Notes: generated by a model from the sequence alone, not told the origin. A DNA stretch of 64,000 bases from a bacterium (GCA_022072055.1 JAJVIK010000008.1:141980-205979); one strand, 5' to 3'. Shown: positions 17,300 to 26,781, numbered from the stretch's first letter. Numbers and translations: made by a program.

Positions 17300-19618
17300 T
17301 CAATCCTGTTTCCTGTTTGATCTCACCTTCCCGGTCTTGGCGCTCTTGGCGTAAGGCCAGATGTCATCCGCGTAGGAATCATGGATCCACCGCTGGATGC
17401 GTCCGTTGTATTCGTCCGTTGTCCATATCGTGTTGTTGTCTTGCGCCGTGACACATCCCGGGCCGTCGAAACCATCCGCCGGCGGAATCGGGCAGATGGT
17501 GCCGGCGCCCATGCAGTCCACCACCGAGCGGGCGACCTTGTGCCCGCCGAACATGAACAACCAGTTGATGTTCTGGGTTCTTCCATCCAAGACCTGAACG
17601 CGGTGGTTCCCCCGGTCGACCACAAAGACAAGGCCATCGTTGTCCACCGCGATTCCGCGCGGGTTGCTGAACTGCCCCACTCCGCCGCCCGGTCCGCCGA
17701 AGTTGTGCTGAACCACACCCTTGGCGGAACCCTTGCCATCCCTGAGCCCCGCAAGGCGGATGATCTGGCTGGTTCCGGCCTCGACCACGAACAGCGCGCC
17801 GGTCCCGGGGTCCACCGCAACCCCGCGCACATCATTGAAACCGGTGAGGTAAAACCCGCTCGGAGTGGCGTCGATCTCCAAACTCAGCACACGGGTCGCG
17901 CCGCCGATATAGAGTGTCCCAATGGCCGGATCAAAAGCCAGGCCGCGGGGTTGTTCAAACCCGAGCGATCCGAAGGGATCCGCCTGATAGGTTCGAGTGA
18001 CATTCGCTATTCCCCCGCTTATCGGGAATGTTGAGGCGTCCAGCGCCGCGACCATGTGGTCGGTGTTGAGGGTCTCCGGGTGGGTGACCGAGGTGAAGAT
18101 ACGCCCATTGGGCGCGATCGGGTCCTGCCCCGCCGGGGCCACGGTGATGTACGAGGGGCCTTTCCCCGTGGTGCTCAATTCGATGGCGATCTCCTGGTCC
18201 ACCGAGCTGGCCTTCACTCCGTAGATCCACGCCTCCGGATCTCCGGTGACATGGACATAGCCGGTCACCGGGTCATAGGCCACGCCGAACGGGGTGGGAA
18301 AATCGGGGGTGTTGGAGAGGTCGGCGGCGTGCGCGTTGGCCACTCGCGCCAGTTCGGTGATGGCGATGTCCAGGCTGATCGCCTTCACCGAGGGATCATC
18401 CGCCGCGACAATCCAGGTTCTTGGCGTGGTGGTTTCGCCGAATTCCAAGCGGTGCGCGGAATCCGAAAAGACCGGCTCTTCAAAACGGTAGTCGTAGACC
18501 GGGAAGGAGGAGATGAAGGGGTTCGTGTCATCGTTGTCGGTTCCCACCCCGGGGATTTGAGCATCCGTGGTCGCGGCGTGGATGATCACCGCGGGCGAGG
18601 AGAGAGCAAGGGGTCCCACATTGCTGGTTCGGTTCGTGGTGATTGCGACATCGAGTTCAAAGCGCGCGGTCTGGCCCTGAGCGGCGGGGGTGTAGCGGAC
18701 ATCCGAGAGAATCGCCGACATGTCGTTCGGCTGGTCGTAGCGACTCGGGTAGCCGACCGCCAGGGCGTTACTGACCGCCTTGTTCGGGGTGATCACCCGG
18801 ACCTCGGCGCAGTGGATCAGGAAATTCATTCCTTGCACGCTCGGCATGGTGAAAGTGACCTGGGTGTCGCCGGCGTTGCCGGGCACCACGGTCCCCCCGA
18901 CATCCACATTCACCGGTCCGTTGCCAAACCCGGTTCCGGTGAGGGTCACCTCCGCGCCCGGGTCGGCCACGCGCGGGGTGATCCCGGTGATCACGGGATT
19001 TCCACCCATCGGCTGGGTGTTGGTGACCGTGGGCGCGGCCTGAGTGGCGGTGGAGGTCGCGGTCGGTGGGGCGGTCGTGTTTGTGGGGGTGGGTTGGGCT
19101 TGGGTGTCAGTCGGAGTCGAGGTTGCGGCGGCCTGGGTGTGGGTCGCGGTGGGCGCGGCCTGGGTGTGAGTGGAAGTCGGGGTGGCCGGGACGCTGGTCT
19201 GGGTCGGAGTGGGACTCGCCTCACCCACCGGCTGAGTCTCGGTCGGCGTGGGTGGCGGACCGGTGCTCAGAGTGTTGAGCACATCCACGGCATTGATCCT
19301 CATGTCCCCGTTGGTGTCGGTGAGGAGTTCGGTTCCCTCTTGCTTCCATTCCAGGGCCAGACAGAAGTAGGGAAGCAGCGCGCAGGTGAAAGCCTTGTCG
19401 CCCCGCGATGGGAGTCCATGGGAGGACCGGACCGGCGCGCGCTCCCTGGAACTGAGCCACTCCGCCTTTTCGTCCGAGGTTTCGACAGTCAGAACCCCAA
19501 CAGCCACATCCCCCAAGTCCCCGGGAAGATGGAGGGTCTTGGTTTCAATCTGGGCCGAAGATGGAGAAACAACGAGGAGAAGACCGCAGAAAAACCCGAG
19601 GAACCGCGCAGTATCCAT
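17300..19618 (-). CDS. secreted NHL-repeat (six-bladed beta-propeller) protein with IPT/TIG-like domain, PT-rich linker and dockerin-like motif
   Basis: Start chosen at MDTARFLGFFCGLLLVVSPSSAQ (signal peptide). The six-frame ORF extends to 20062 but would overlap the divergent resB region. Dockerin-like TDTNGDMRINAVDVLNTLS. Thr/Pro linker (PTPTETQPVGEASPTPTQTSVPATPTSTHTQAAPTATHTQAA...). C-terminal NHL repeats (GVAVDNDGLVFVVDRGNHRVQVL). Confidence 0.65.
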   Translation of the reverse strand: MDTARFLGFFCGLLLVVSPSSAQIETKTLHLPGDLGDVAVGVLTVETSDEKAEWLSSRERAPVRSSHGLPSRGDKAFTCALLPYFCLALEWKQEGTELLTDTNGDMRINAVDVLNTLSTGPPPTPTETQPVGEASPTPTQTSVPATPTSTHTQAAPTATHTQAAATSTPTDTQAQPTPTNTTAPPTATSTATQAAPTVTNTQPMGGNPVITGITPRVADPGAEVTLTGTGFGNGPVNVDVGGTVVPGNAGDTQVTFTMPSVQGMNFLIHCAEVRVITPNKAVSNALAVGYPSRYDQPNDMSAILSDVRYTPAAQGQTARFELDVAITTNRTSNVGPLALSSPAVIIHAATTDAQIPGVGTDNDDTNPFISSFPVYDYRFEEPVFSDSAHRLEFGETTTPRTWIVAADDPSVKAISLDIAITELARVANAHAADLSNTPDFPTPFGVAYDPVTGYVHVTGDPEAWIYGVKASSVDQEIAIELSTTGKGPSYITVAPAGQDPIAPNGRIFTSVTHPETLNTDHMVAALDASTFPISGGIANVTRTYQADPFGSLGFEQPRGLAFDPAIGTLYIGGATRVLSLEIDATPSGFYLTGFNDVRGVAVDPGTGALFVVEAGTSQIIRLAGLRDGKGSAKGVVQHNFGGPGGGVGQFSNPRGIAVDNDGLVFVVDRGNHRVQVLDGRTQNINWLFMFGGHKVARSVVDCMGAGTICPIPPADGFDGPGCVTAQDNNTIWTTDEYNGRIQRWIHDSYADDIWPYAKSAKTGKVRSNRKQD
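19025..19200. repeat. imperfect tandem nucleotide repeat encoding the Thr/Pro/Ala-rich linker of the NHL protein
   Basis: Recurring unit GTGGGCGCGGCCTGGGTGTG(A/G)GTGG(A/C)(A/G)GTCG.. seen at least twice (19028-, 19149-). Encodes PTATHTQAAPT-type repeats on the minus strand. Confidence 0.4.
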
Positions 19619-19763
19619 GTCTCTGTCCTCCCTTGTGGAGGTTGACCTTAGGGGGAAAACAGTGAGAGGGCAAGGCCAAAAAATCCGGTATTCTTCGACC
19701 ATTATTGATTCGGGCGGGATTGAGGGGTAAAATTGGAGAACTTTCCTCAACTGGAGATCGACC

Positions 19764-21809
19764 TTGGCCAAGAACAGAGTCCCGGCGGGGGCGGCAAAGA
19801 CCGGAGTCAAAGAACGAACGAACGGCAAGCCGCGCGCCGCCGAACACCGTCTGCCCCCAGTGGCCGATCCCGCGGAGGCGGTCCCGGTCGAGGCGGTTCC
19901 GCTTGAATACACCGAACCGCTGCCGATCAGCGCGGCGCGCAAACGCCGGAACCCTTTCCGTCCCAACGGCTTCGCGGGTAGGATCTTTGATTTTCTCGGC
20001 TCCCTGCAGCTCGCGGTCATTCTCCTCTCGATCCTCGGCTTGGTCTGCATCGCGGGAACCATCTACGAATCGAGCTACACCGCGCGGCTCGCCCAGCGGC
20101 TCATTTACCGAACGTATTGGTTTGACCTGCTGCTCACGGCCATCTTTGTGAACGTGGTCTTTGCCACCCTCGCGCGCTTCCCTTGGCCGTTTATCAAGAC
20201 CGGGTTCCTGATCACCCATTTGGGGGTTCTCACCATCCTTGTCGGCTCCTTGATCTCCCACCGCTATGGGGTCGAGGGGCAGATGATGCTGCAGGAGGGC
20301 CAATCCAAGGACCGCATCCAGCTCTCCAACTCGTTCATCGGCATCCAGGAGGTCGGAAGCCCTGTGCGCCATCGCTTCGACACGGTTGAGGTGGAGTGGG
20401 GCCAACCCAGTCCGGAAAAACCTCAAGCGTATGAGTTCAAGGAGCTCGGTCTCAAGGCCATCGTGGATGGGTTTTATCCCGACAGTGATTTCGAGGAAAT
20501 CTGGAAGAACGACAGCCCCGCGCCCAATCCGGCGGTCCGCTTCGCCATCGACAACAGCGGCATGGGGCGGATCGCGGAGGGCTGGCTTGCGCCGGGGATG
20601 GTCGGTCGTGACCGAACCAACCTCGGTCCGGCGACCATCCTCGCTAAAGCGGCCAAGGATGAGGAGGATCTCGCTCGCCTGCTCGCGCCTCCGCCCCCGA
20701 AGACCGAGGGGGACATGGGAACGCTTGAGCTCACCTTCGCCGACAGCGGCCGGTCGGTCTCCATCGATGTGGGTCGGGCGATGAAGGAACCGGTTCCGGT
20801 GGAGGCAACGGAGCTATCGATCCTGGTGACCGAGCGCATGGAGGCCGGGTATCTGAACGAGGCCGGGATTCTGGCTGAAAACCCGGATCGTTCGCCGAAC
20901 CCATTGGTTATATTCGATGTGCTCAAAAACGGGACCCGTTTCCTCACTCGGCAGATTGAATTCGCGAACTTCCCCGATTTCGGCTCCATGCACGACCGAG
21001 AGGAGCAGGCCCCCTTCGAGGCGGTGTACCGATCCGGATCGGGAGCCGGGCGCGGCGCGGAGCTCCTGCTCATCCTGGGGCCGGGAGAAAAGCTCCATTG
21101 GAAGGCCACCAGCGGGGCGGGGGCGAGCAGCACCGGGACCCTGGAGGTCGGGAAGTCGATCCCCGCGCCGATGCTGACCGCCGGGATGATGCTGACCGTG
21201 GATCCGTTCCTCCAGAACGCGCGCCCGGAGGAGGCGCTTGTGGAGCGCCCGATCAAGAAGGGAGAGTTTGGCGCCAAAGCGGCCCACATCCGCCTGGTGA
21301 ACAACGCCGGCGCGGAGGTCGCCCTCTGGCAATCGATGTTCGATCGCCAGGGAGGTTATGAGGAGAACCGGATCACCCTCGGCGATAAGCAGTTCACCGT
21401 CGTCTATCAGGCGGATTTTCTTCCCTTGGGATTCACCATTCAGCTCAAGGACTTTCGATTGCTGCACTACCCCGGGGCGACCAATCGCCCGATGAGCTAC
21501 GAGAGCGATGTAAAAGTTCTGACCCAAACCGGCACTGAAACCTCGACAAGGGATGTCACCATCCTGATGAACGAGCCGCTGGACCACATGGGCTACCGCA
21601 TCTTCCAGTCCAGCTACCAGGACATCCCCAAGGGCGATCCGCAGATATCGATCTTCTCAATCGCGCGAGACCCGGGGATCTGGACCATCTACATCGGTTC
21701 GATTGTCCTGTGCCTGGGGATCGCCATCATGTTCTACGGCAAACCGTATCTCAAGAAAATCGAAGCGCGCTGGAAAGCGCGCGCCAAGGAGGCATTCGCT
21801 TCATCATGA
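19764..21809 (+). CDS. resB: cytochrome c biogenesis protein ResB/Ccs1 (System II)
   Basis: 681 aa. ResB-type N-terminus after a Pro/Ala-rich extension (RIFDFLGSLQLAVILLSILGLVCIAGTIYES), large periplasmic domain, C-terminal TM. Stop overlaps ccsA start (ATGA). Confidence 0.82.
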   Translation: MAKNRVPAGAAKTGVKERTNGKPRAAEHRLPPVADPAEAVPVEAVPLEYTEPLPISAARKRRNPFRPNGFAGRIFDFLGSLQLAVILLSILGLVCIAGTIYESSYTARLAQRLIYRTYWFDLLLTAIFVNVVFATLARFPWPFIKTGFLITHLGVLTILVGSLISHRYGVEGQMMLQEGQSKDRIQLSNSFIGIQEVGSPVRHRFDTVEVEWGQPSPEKPQAYEFKELGLKAIVDGFYPDSDFEEIWKNDSPAPNPAVRFAIDNSGMGRIAEGWLAPGMVGRDRTNLGPATILAKAAKDEEDLARLLAPPPPKTEGDMGTLELTFADSGRSVSIDVGRAMKEPVPVEATELSILVTERMEAGYLNEAGILAENPDRSPNPLVIFDVLKNGTRFLTRQIEFANFPDFGSMHDREEQAPFEAVYRSGSGAGRGAELLLILGPGEKLHWKATSGAGASSTGTLEVGKSIPAPMLTAGMMLTVDPFLQNARPEEALVERPIKKGEFGAKAAHIRLVNNAGAEVALWQSMFDRQGGYEENRITLGDKQFTVVYQADFLPLGFTIQLKDFRLLHYPGATNRPMSYESDVKVLTQTGTETSTRDVTILMNEPLDHMGYRIFQSSYQDIPKGDPQISIFSIARDPGIWTIYIGSIVLCLGIAIMFYGKPYLKKIEARWKARAKEAFASS

Positions 21810-23566
21810 CCGCCCGAATCCACACCCGAACACTCGGACTCTCGCTTCCGGCAATCCTCGGTGTCGCCGCGCTCGCGCTCGCGGGGGCATCGTGGGGCAA
21901 ACCCGCGCCCAGCCCTTTTGACTACGGCGAGCTGCGCGCGGTGGTGATCTTCGATGATGCCCGCCCCAAGCCGCTCGACACCTTCGCGCGCGAGACCCTG
22001 CGCCTGGTGACCTCCCGCGAGTATTGGAGCGCCAAGAAGGCCCCGCATGAATTCCTGACCCGCGACCCGATGACCAATCTGCTCTCGCTTTTGTTCGAGC
22101 CGGAGAAATGGAAGGACATCCGCTGCATCCATCTGGCCAAGGCGGATGTCAAGAAGGTCCTCGGAGTGGACTCCAAGGCGGAGTGGATTTCCTACAACGA
22201 CCTGCGCGCGAGCTCGGGCCTCAAAGAGGTCTTCCGGGAGATCATGCGCAAGCAGCAGGTCGATGACAAACTGACCCCGCTGGAGCAGAAGATCGGCGAG
22301 TTGCATGGGGTTCTGAACACCTTGGATGGAATCTTCTTCGGGACCGACATCCGAGTCGTTCCGGTCGCGCAGTCCGGCGGGGGGCTCTCCTGGAAATCCT
22401 TGGAGGAGATGGCCTCGGACGGCTCCGACGAAACCATCCGCGCGGGGCTGTCCGGGATGCTCACCGGCTTCACCACGCAAAATCCGGAGGGCTTCAACGA
22501 GAGCGCTCGCAAGTTCGCGCATGAGCTCCGCGCGCGCGGCGGGGGGGATTACCCGAGCGAAAAGGTTCTGGGGTATGAGATTCAATACAACGCCTTCAAG
22601 CCCTTCCGGAAAGCCTGGGAGTTTCTCCTGTTGGGGGCGATCCTCTTCGGGGTGGCGATGGGAGTCTCCGGCCGTTATGTGTACCTGGCGGCGTGGGCCT
22701 CAACAACGGTTGGGTTTGCCCTAAGCTCTTACGGGCTGCTGTTGCGGGTTCTGATCGCGGGGAGACCTCCGGTGTCGAACATGTACGAATCCGTGGTGTA
22801 CATGGGTTGGGGCGTGCTGTTGTTCGCGGCCATCTTTGAGTTGGTTTACCGTCAACGCATCTTCGGCCTGTGCGGCTCGCTCATGGGGGTGACCGTGCTG
22901 ATCCTCGCGGACATGCTCCCCTTCGATCCCGCGATCAGCCCCCTTGTGCCGGTGTTGCGCTCGAACTATTGGCTGCTGATCCATGTGATGACCATTGTGA
23001 TCTCCTACAGCGCTTTCGGCCTGGCGATGGCCATCGCGCATTTTTCGCTCCTGTTCTATTTGTTCGCCCCGGGCAAGAAGGAGATCATCCGAACCTCGAA
23101 CGCCTTTGTGTACCGCGGCATCCAGCTCGGGGTGCTGCTGCTCACCGCTGGAACCATTCTTGGAGGGGTCTGGGCGAACGAATCCTGGGGAAGGTTCTGG
23201 GGGTTTGATCCGAAAGAGACCTGGGCGCTGATCTCGATCCTGGGGTATCTCGCGCTGTTGCATGCTCGCCTGTTCGGCATGATCGGGCCCTTTGGGATGG
23301 CGGTCGGAGCGGTGCTGGGGTTCCAGCTGATCCTGATGACCTGGTATGGCGTGAACTTTGTCCTCGGCGCGGGGCTCCACAGCTACGGTTTTGGGACCGG
23401 CGGACAGGGATATGTCATGGGTTACCTCTTGGCCGAGGTCGGCTTTATGTCGATGGTGGCTTTGCGCTATAAATTCTTGGGGGGGATGTCGGCGGGAATC
23501 GGCGCGGAAAGCCAGAGTCCCGAAAGGCTCCCCAAGGCCCCAGCCGCCGAACCCAGCGCCACGTGA
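21806..23566 (+). CDS. ccsA: cytochrome c biogenesis protein CcsA/ResC (long form with N-terminal periplasmic domain)
   Basis: Start at ATG 21806 overlapping the resB stop. WWD tryptophan-rich motif GGVWANESWGRFWGFDPKETWALISILGYLALLH. Multiple TM helices with conserved His residues. Confidence 0.85.
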   Translation: MTARIHTRTLGLSLPAILGVAALALAGASWGKPAPSPFDYGELRAVVIFDDARPKPLDTFARETLRLVTSREYWSAKKAPHEFLTRDPMTNLLSLLFEPEKWKDIRCIHLAKADVKKVLGVDSKAEWISYNDLRASSGLKEVFREIMRKQQVDDKLTPLEQKIGELHGVLNTLDGIFFGTDIRVVPVAQSGGGLSWKSLEEMASDGSDETIRAGLSGMLTGFTTQNPEGFNESARKFAHELRARGGGDYPSEKVLGYEIQYNAFKPFRKAWEFLLLGAILFGVAMGVSGRYVYLAAWASTTVGFALSSYGLLLRVLIAGRPPVSNMYESVVYMGWGVLLFAAIFELVYRQRIFGLCGSLMGVTVLILADMLPFDPAISPLVPVLRSNYWLLIHVMTIVISYSAFGLAMAIAHFSLLFYLFAPGKKEIIRTSNAFVYRGIQLGVLLLTAGTILGGVWANESWGRFWGFDPKETWALISILGYLALLHARLFGMIGPFGMAVGAVLGFQLILMTWYGVNFVLGAGLHSYGFGTGGQGYVMGYLLAEVGFMSMVALRYKFLGGMSAGIGAESQSPERLPKAPAAEPSAT

Positions 23567-23576
23567 GGTCGCCTCG

Positions 23577-24044
23577 ATGGAACAGATCGCCAACCCCTGG
23601 AAAGATGTCACCCATCAGGTGGCGGTGACCGGGTATGTCTATCAGCAGGGCAAGTTTCTGCTTCTCAAACGCGCCAAACCCCCGCTGATCTGGGCCCCGC
23701 CGGGGGGACGGCTCCAGCCGCACGAGGACCCCAAGCTGGGGCTCCTGCGCGAGGTCCGTGAGGAGACCGGGCTGGATGTGCGGGTTTTGGGGTTGGTCGA
23801 TTACTGGTTCGGGGAACTTGCGGACCAGGGTCCGCTCTTGTCCCTGGATTTTTTAACCGTGACCCCGGAACATGAGGTGGTCCTTTCCCCCGAGCACGAG
23901 GACTTCGCCTGGGCCACTCTCTCCGACTTGGAGCGGGGCCATCCGCCGCTCGGCAAGGATTTCTGCTCCTTCAAGCTGACCGATTTCCAGAAGGCCGCCC
24001 ACGAGTGCGCGCGTTTCATGTACCAGATGCCGGGCCCGGCGTGA
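23577..24044 (+). CDS. NUDIX hydrolase
   Basis: 155 aa. Nudix box GGRLQPHEDPKLGLLREVREETGL (GX5EX7REUXEEXGU). Starts 10 bp after the ccsA stop with GAGGT RBS. The six-frame ORF from 23358 is an upstream extension overlapping ccsA. Confidence 0.8.
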   Translation: MEQIANPWKDVTHQVAVTGYVYQQGKFLLLKRAKPPLIWAPPGGRLQPHEDPKLGLLREVREETGLDVRVLGLVDYWFGELADQGPLLSLDFLTVTPEHEVVLSPEHEDFAWATLSDLERGHPPLGKDFCSFKLTDFQKAAHECARFMYQMPGPA

Positions 24045-24071
24045 GTCAGCTCGCGCCATCCCCGGGAGCCC

Positions 24072-24935
24072 ATGTCGCTTGATCCTCAGACCTCCCAACT
24101 CATCCGTCTCGCCCTGGAGGAGGACCATGCCTTTCAGGATGTTTCCACCCTCTGGACCATCCCTGAAGCCCACCGAGCCAAAGCGCTCTTGATCCCCCGC
24201 GCGGAGGGGGTTCTGTGCGGGGGGCCGTTGTTCGCGGAGGCTTTTCGACTGCTGGATCCATCCCTTGTGGTGAATGTGTTTATCGAGGATGGGGGGACCT
24301 TGGCCCCGAATGTCCCGGTGGCGGAGGTGGTTGGAGCCGCGCGAGGGATTCTGTCGGCGGAGCGTGTGGCGCTGAATTTGGTGGGGAGGTTTTCAGGGAT
24401 CGCCACGCTCACCCGCAGGTATGTCGAGGCGGTGGCTGGGACCGGAGCGAGGATCTGCGACACCCGCAAGACCACACCGCTCTGGCGCGGATGGGAGAAG
24501 ATCGCGGTCCGGATGGGTGGGGGGACCAATCACCGGGCGAATTTGGAGGAGATGGTCCTGCTCAAGGACAACCATGTGGCGCTGGCCGGAGGGGCGGGAA
24601 AGTCGCTGCTCGCGGTCAAGGAGCGGAACTCGCGTGGAATTCCGGTGGAGATCGAGGTGGACACGCTGGAGCAGCTTCGAGAGGCGCTCGAAATTGGGGT
24701 GGAGCGCGTTCTGCTGGACAACATGAGTTTTGAGCAATTGCGCAAGGCGGTGGGGATGACAGCCGGGCGTGCGATTCTGGAGGCTTCTGGGGGGGTCACC
24801 TTGGAGACAGTCCGCGCTATCGCGGAGACCGGGGTGGACCTGATCTCCATCGGCGCGCTGACCCATTCGGCCCCGGCGTTTGATTTCTCGCTGGAGGTGG
24901 GTGGGATGAGGTTGGCGCGAGGGAAGATCCTCTAG
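24072..24935 (+). CDS. nadC: nicotinate-nucleotide pyrophosphorylase (carboxylating) / quinolinate phosphoribosyltransferase
   Basis: 287 aa. QPRTase family motifs (RVALNLVGRFSGIATLTRRYVEA, ICDTRKTTPLWRGWEKIAVRMGGGTNHR, VLLDNM). Confidence 0.9.
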   Translation: MSLDPQTSQLIRLALEEDHAFQDVSTLWTIPEAHRAKALLIPRAEGVLCGGPLFAEAFRLLDPSLVVNVFIEDGGTLAPNVPVAEVVGAARGILSAERVALNLVGRFSGIATLTRRYVEAVAGTGARICDTRKTTPLWRGWEKIAVRMGGGTNHRANLEEMVLLKDNHVALAGGAGKSLLAVKERNSRGIPVEIEVDTLEQLREALEIGVERVLLDNMSFEQLRKAVGMTAGRAILEASGGVTLETVRAIAETGVDLISIGALTHSAPAFDFSLEVGGMRLARGKIL

Positions 24936-25087
24936 GGAGCACCCCATGCAAGCCGGGAAAGGGTGGGCTCGCGGTTTCACGGCAGCCGCCCATCCCCCGG
25001 AGCTGGACCCTTTCGACTTGTCCTTGCCTTGTCTCCCTCCTCCCCCTGCCGCAATATGCCTCGAATCCGCACCGTATCAGTCACCCA

Positions 25088-25792
25088 ATGAAATCCCAAG
25101 ATCCAGAAGTCCCTGTTCCGTCCTCGTGGCCCGGCGTTCGTCCGGTTCGCCTCCTTCACCCGGCCCGAAGCCAGAGCCAAGCGGACATCTGGCTGGTGGA
25201 TTGGGATGGGCGGCGCTGTGTCCTGCGGGATTTCAGCGGCCCGCGGGTCTGGTATTTCAGGCTTTTGTGTTTGTGGGGAGTGCGCCGAGAAATCGAGGCC
25301 CATAGACGGCTCGATGGAATCGAGGGGATTCCCCGTCTCCTGCACGTCCTCGGATCGAAGGCGTATCTGATCGAGTACATCGAGGGGGAACCGATCCATC
25401 CGCGCCTCCATAGACCGGGTCCGGAGTTCTTTTCAGCGGTTGAAGGGATCGTGGGGCAAATGCACGCGCGCGGGGTGGCGCATGGCGACTTGCGCAACCG
25501 GAATATCCTGATCGGTGCGGACGGTAACCCTTATCTCATCGATTTCACAACCGCCTGGTGGGCCGCCAGTTGGTGGCGAAGGCCGCTCTTCCGGTTCCTC
25601 CAATCCCTGGACCGAAGGCGCCTTGCGGTGACCAAGGCGCGTTTTCTTCCGGAGGCGTTGGGGCATGAGGAGATCGAGCTCCTCGGCCGCAAACCCTGGT
25701 ATCTGCGACTCGGCTGGTTTTACCGCCAGCGCATCTACCCTCGTCTTGTCAAGCGCGAGCCCTTGAGGAAACGCGGCAAGCCGTTGACTTGA
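25088..25792 (+). CDS. lipopolysaccharide kinase family protein (Kdo/WaaP/InaA, RIO-like atypical kinase)
   Basis: 234 aa. Kinase catalytic-loop-like HGDLRNRNILIGADGNPYLIDF and upstream lysine-containing strand. Length and motif order fit the Kdo kinase/InaA family. Confidence 0.6.
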   Translation: MKSQDPEVPVPSSWPGVRPVRLLHPARSQSQADIWLVDWDGRRCVLRDFSGPRVWYFRLLCLWGVRREIEAHRRLDGIEGIPRLLHVLGSKAYLIEYIEGEPIHPRLHRPGPEFFSAVEGIVGQMHARGVAHGDLRNRNILIGADGNPYLIDFTTAWWAASWWRRPLFRFLQSLDRRRLAVTKARFLPEALGHEEIELLGRKPWYLRLGWFYRQRIYPRLVKREPLRKRGKPLT

Positions 25793-26781
25793 CTCTTTCC
25801 ACACCTATACTCACCGCTGTCATGGCCGCGCCTGTTGATAACCGCCAACCCGCCTCCCGGTGGTTGGACCCACAGGTGGTGTCCGCGCTGGAGTCGCTGG
25901 AATTCCTCGCCACTCAGGTGGTCGAGGGGTTTATCACCGGTCTCCACACCAGTCCGTATCATGGCTACAACCAGGAATTCGCTGAGCATCGCGCCTACCA
26001 GAGCGGCGATGAGTTGCGGTATGTGGATTGGAAGCTTTACGGCCGCACGGACCGCTTCTTTGTGAAGCAGTTCGAGGCCGACACCAACCTCCGCGCAACC
26101 CTGGTGCTGGATGCCAGCGGGTCGATGGATTTCTGCGGGGAAGATACGCCGCATTCCGAGGGGGCGCGGCCGAAAGCGCGCGCCGGGTTGACCAAATTGG
26201 ATTACGGGCGCCGAGTGGCGGCCTGTCTCGCGTACCTGCTCATCCGTCAGCGGGACGCCACCGGGCTTGCGGTGATCGACCGTGGGGTTCGGGAGTACAT
26301 CCCCGCGCGGGCCGCCCCCGGGCACATGCGGAACCTCATGGAGCTGCTTGATGGCGTGGAGCCGAGGGGGGACACCTCGCTCGCGGATGCGCTTTCGGCG
26401 CTAGCCGCGCAGCTTTCTCGGCGCGGGTTGATCGTGGTGATTTCGGATTTGATTGATGATCCGGAGCGAGTTCTCGACAGCCTCAAGCTGCTCCGCCACC
26501 GCAAGCACGAGGTGATTGTGTTTCACCTGATGGACCGCCAAGAGTGGGAGCTTGGCTATGAGGGCGGGATTCGGTTCCGCGACTTGGAGGGAGACGAAAC
26601 CATCGATTCCGACCCGGTTAGGCTGCGTCAACCCTATCGCGAGGCGCTGGAGAAGACAGTCGAAACCTATCGAGAGGGGTGTTTGGAGCATCGCATCGGT
26701 TATGAATGGGTTCTGACCGATACGCCACTTGAGCGTTTACTACCGGCCTTTCTGGCCCGGCGACGGCCGGGGAGGGGCTGA
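25789..26781 (+). CDS. DUF58 domain protein (vWA-like; usually partnered with a MoxR ATPase, none present here)
   Basis: 330 aa. DUF58 core (HGYNQEFAEHRAYQSGDELRYVDWKLYGRTDRFFVKQFEADTNLRATLVLDASGSMDF). ATGA overlap with the upstream kinase gene. Confidence 0.78.
   Translation: MTLSTPILTAVMAAPVDNRQPASRWLDPQVVSALESLEFLATQVVEGFITGLHTSPYHGYNQEFAEHRAYQSGDELRYVDWKLYGRTDRFFVKQFEADTNLRATLVLDASGSMDFCGEDTPHSEGARPKARAGLTKLDYGRRVAACLAYLLIRQRDATGLAVIDRGVREYIPARAAPGHMRNLMELLDGVEPRGDTSLADALSALAAQLSRRGLIVVISDLIDDPERVLDSLKLLRHRKHEVIVFHLMDRQEWELGYEGGIRFRDLEGDETIDSDPVRLRQPYREALEKTVETYREGCLEHRIGYEWVLTDTPLERLLPAFLARRRPGRG

Noticed and set aside
18056-19645. 529-aa plus-strand ORF antisense to the NHL-repeat gene
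   Set aside because: Gly/Arg-rich low-complexity sequence, mirror of the PT-repeat region.
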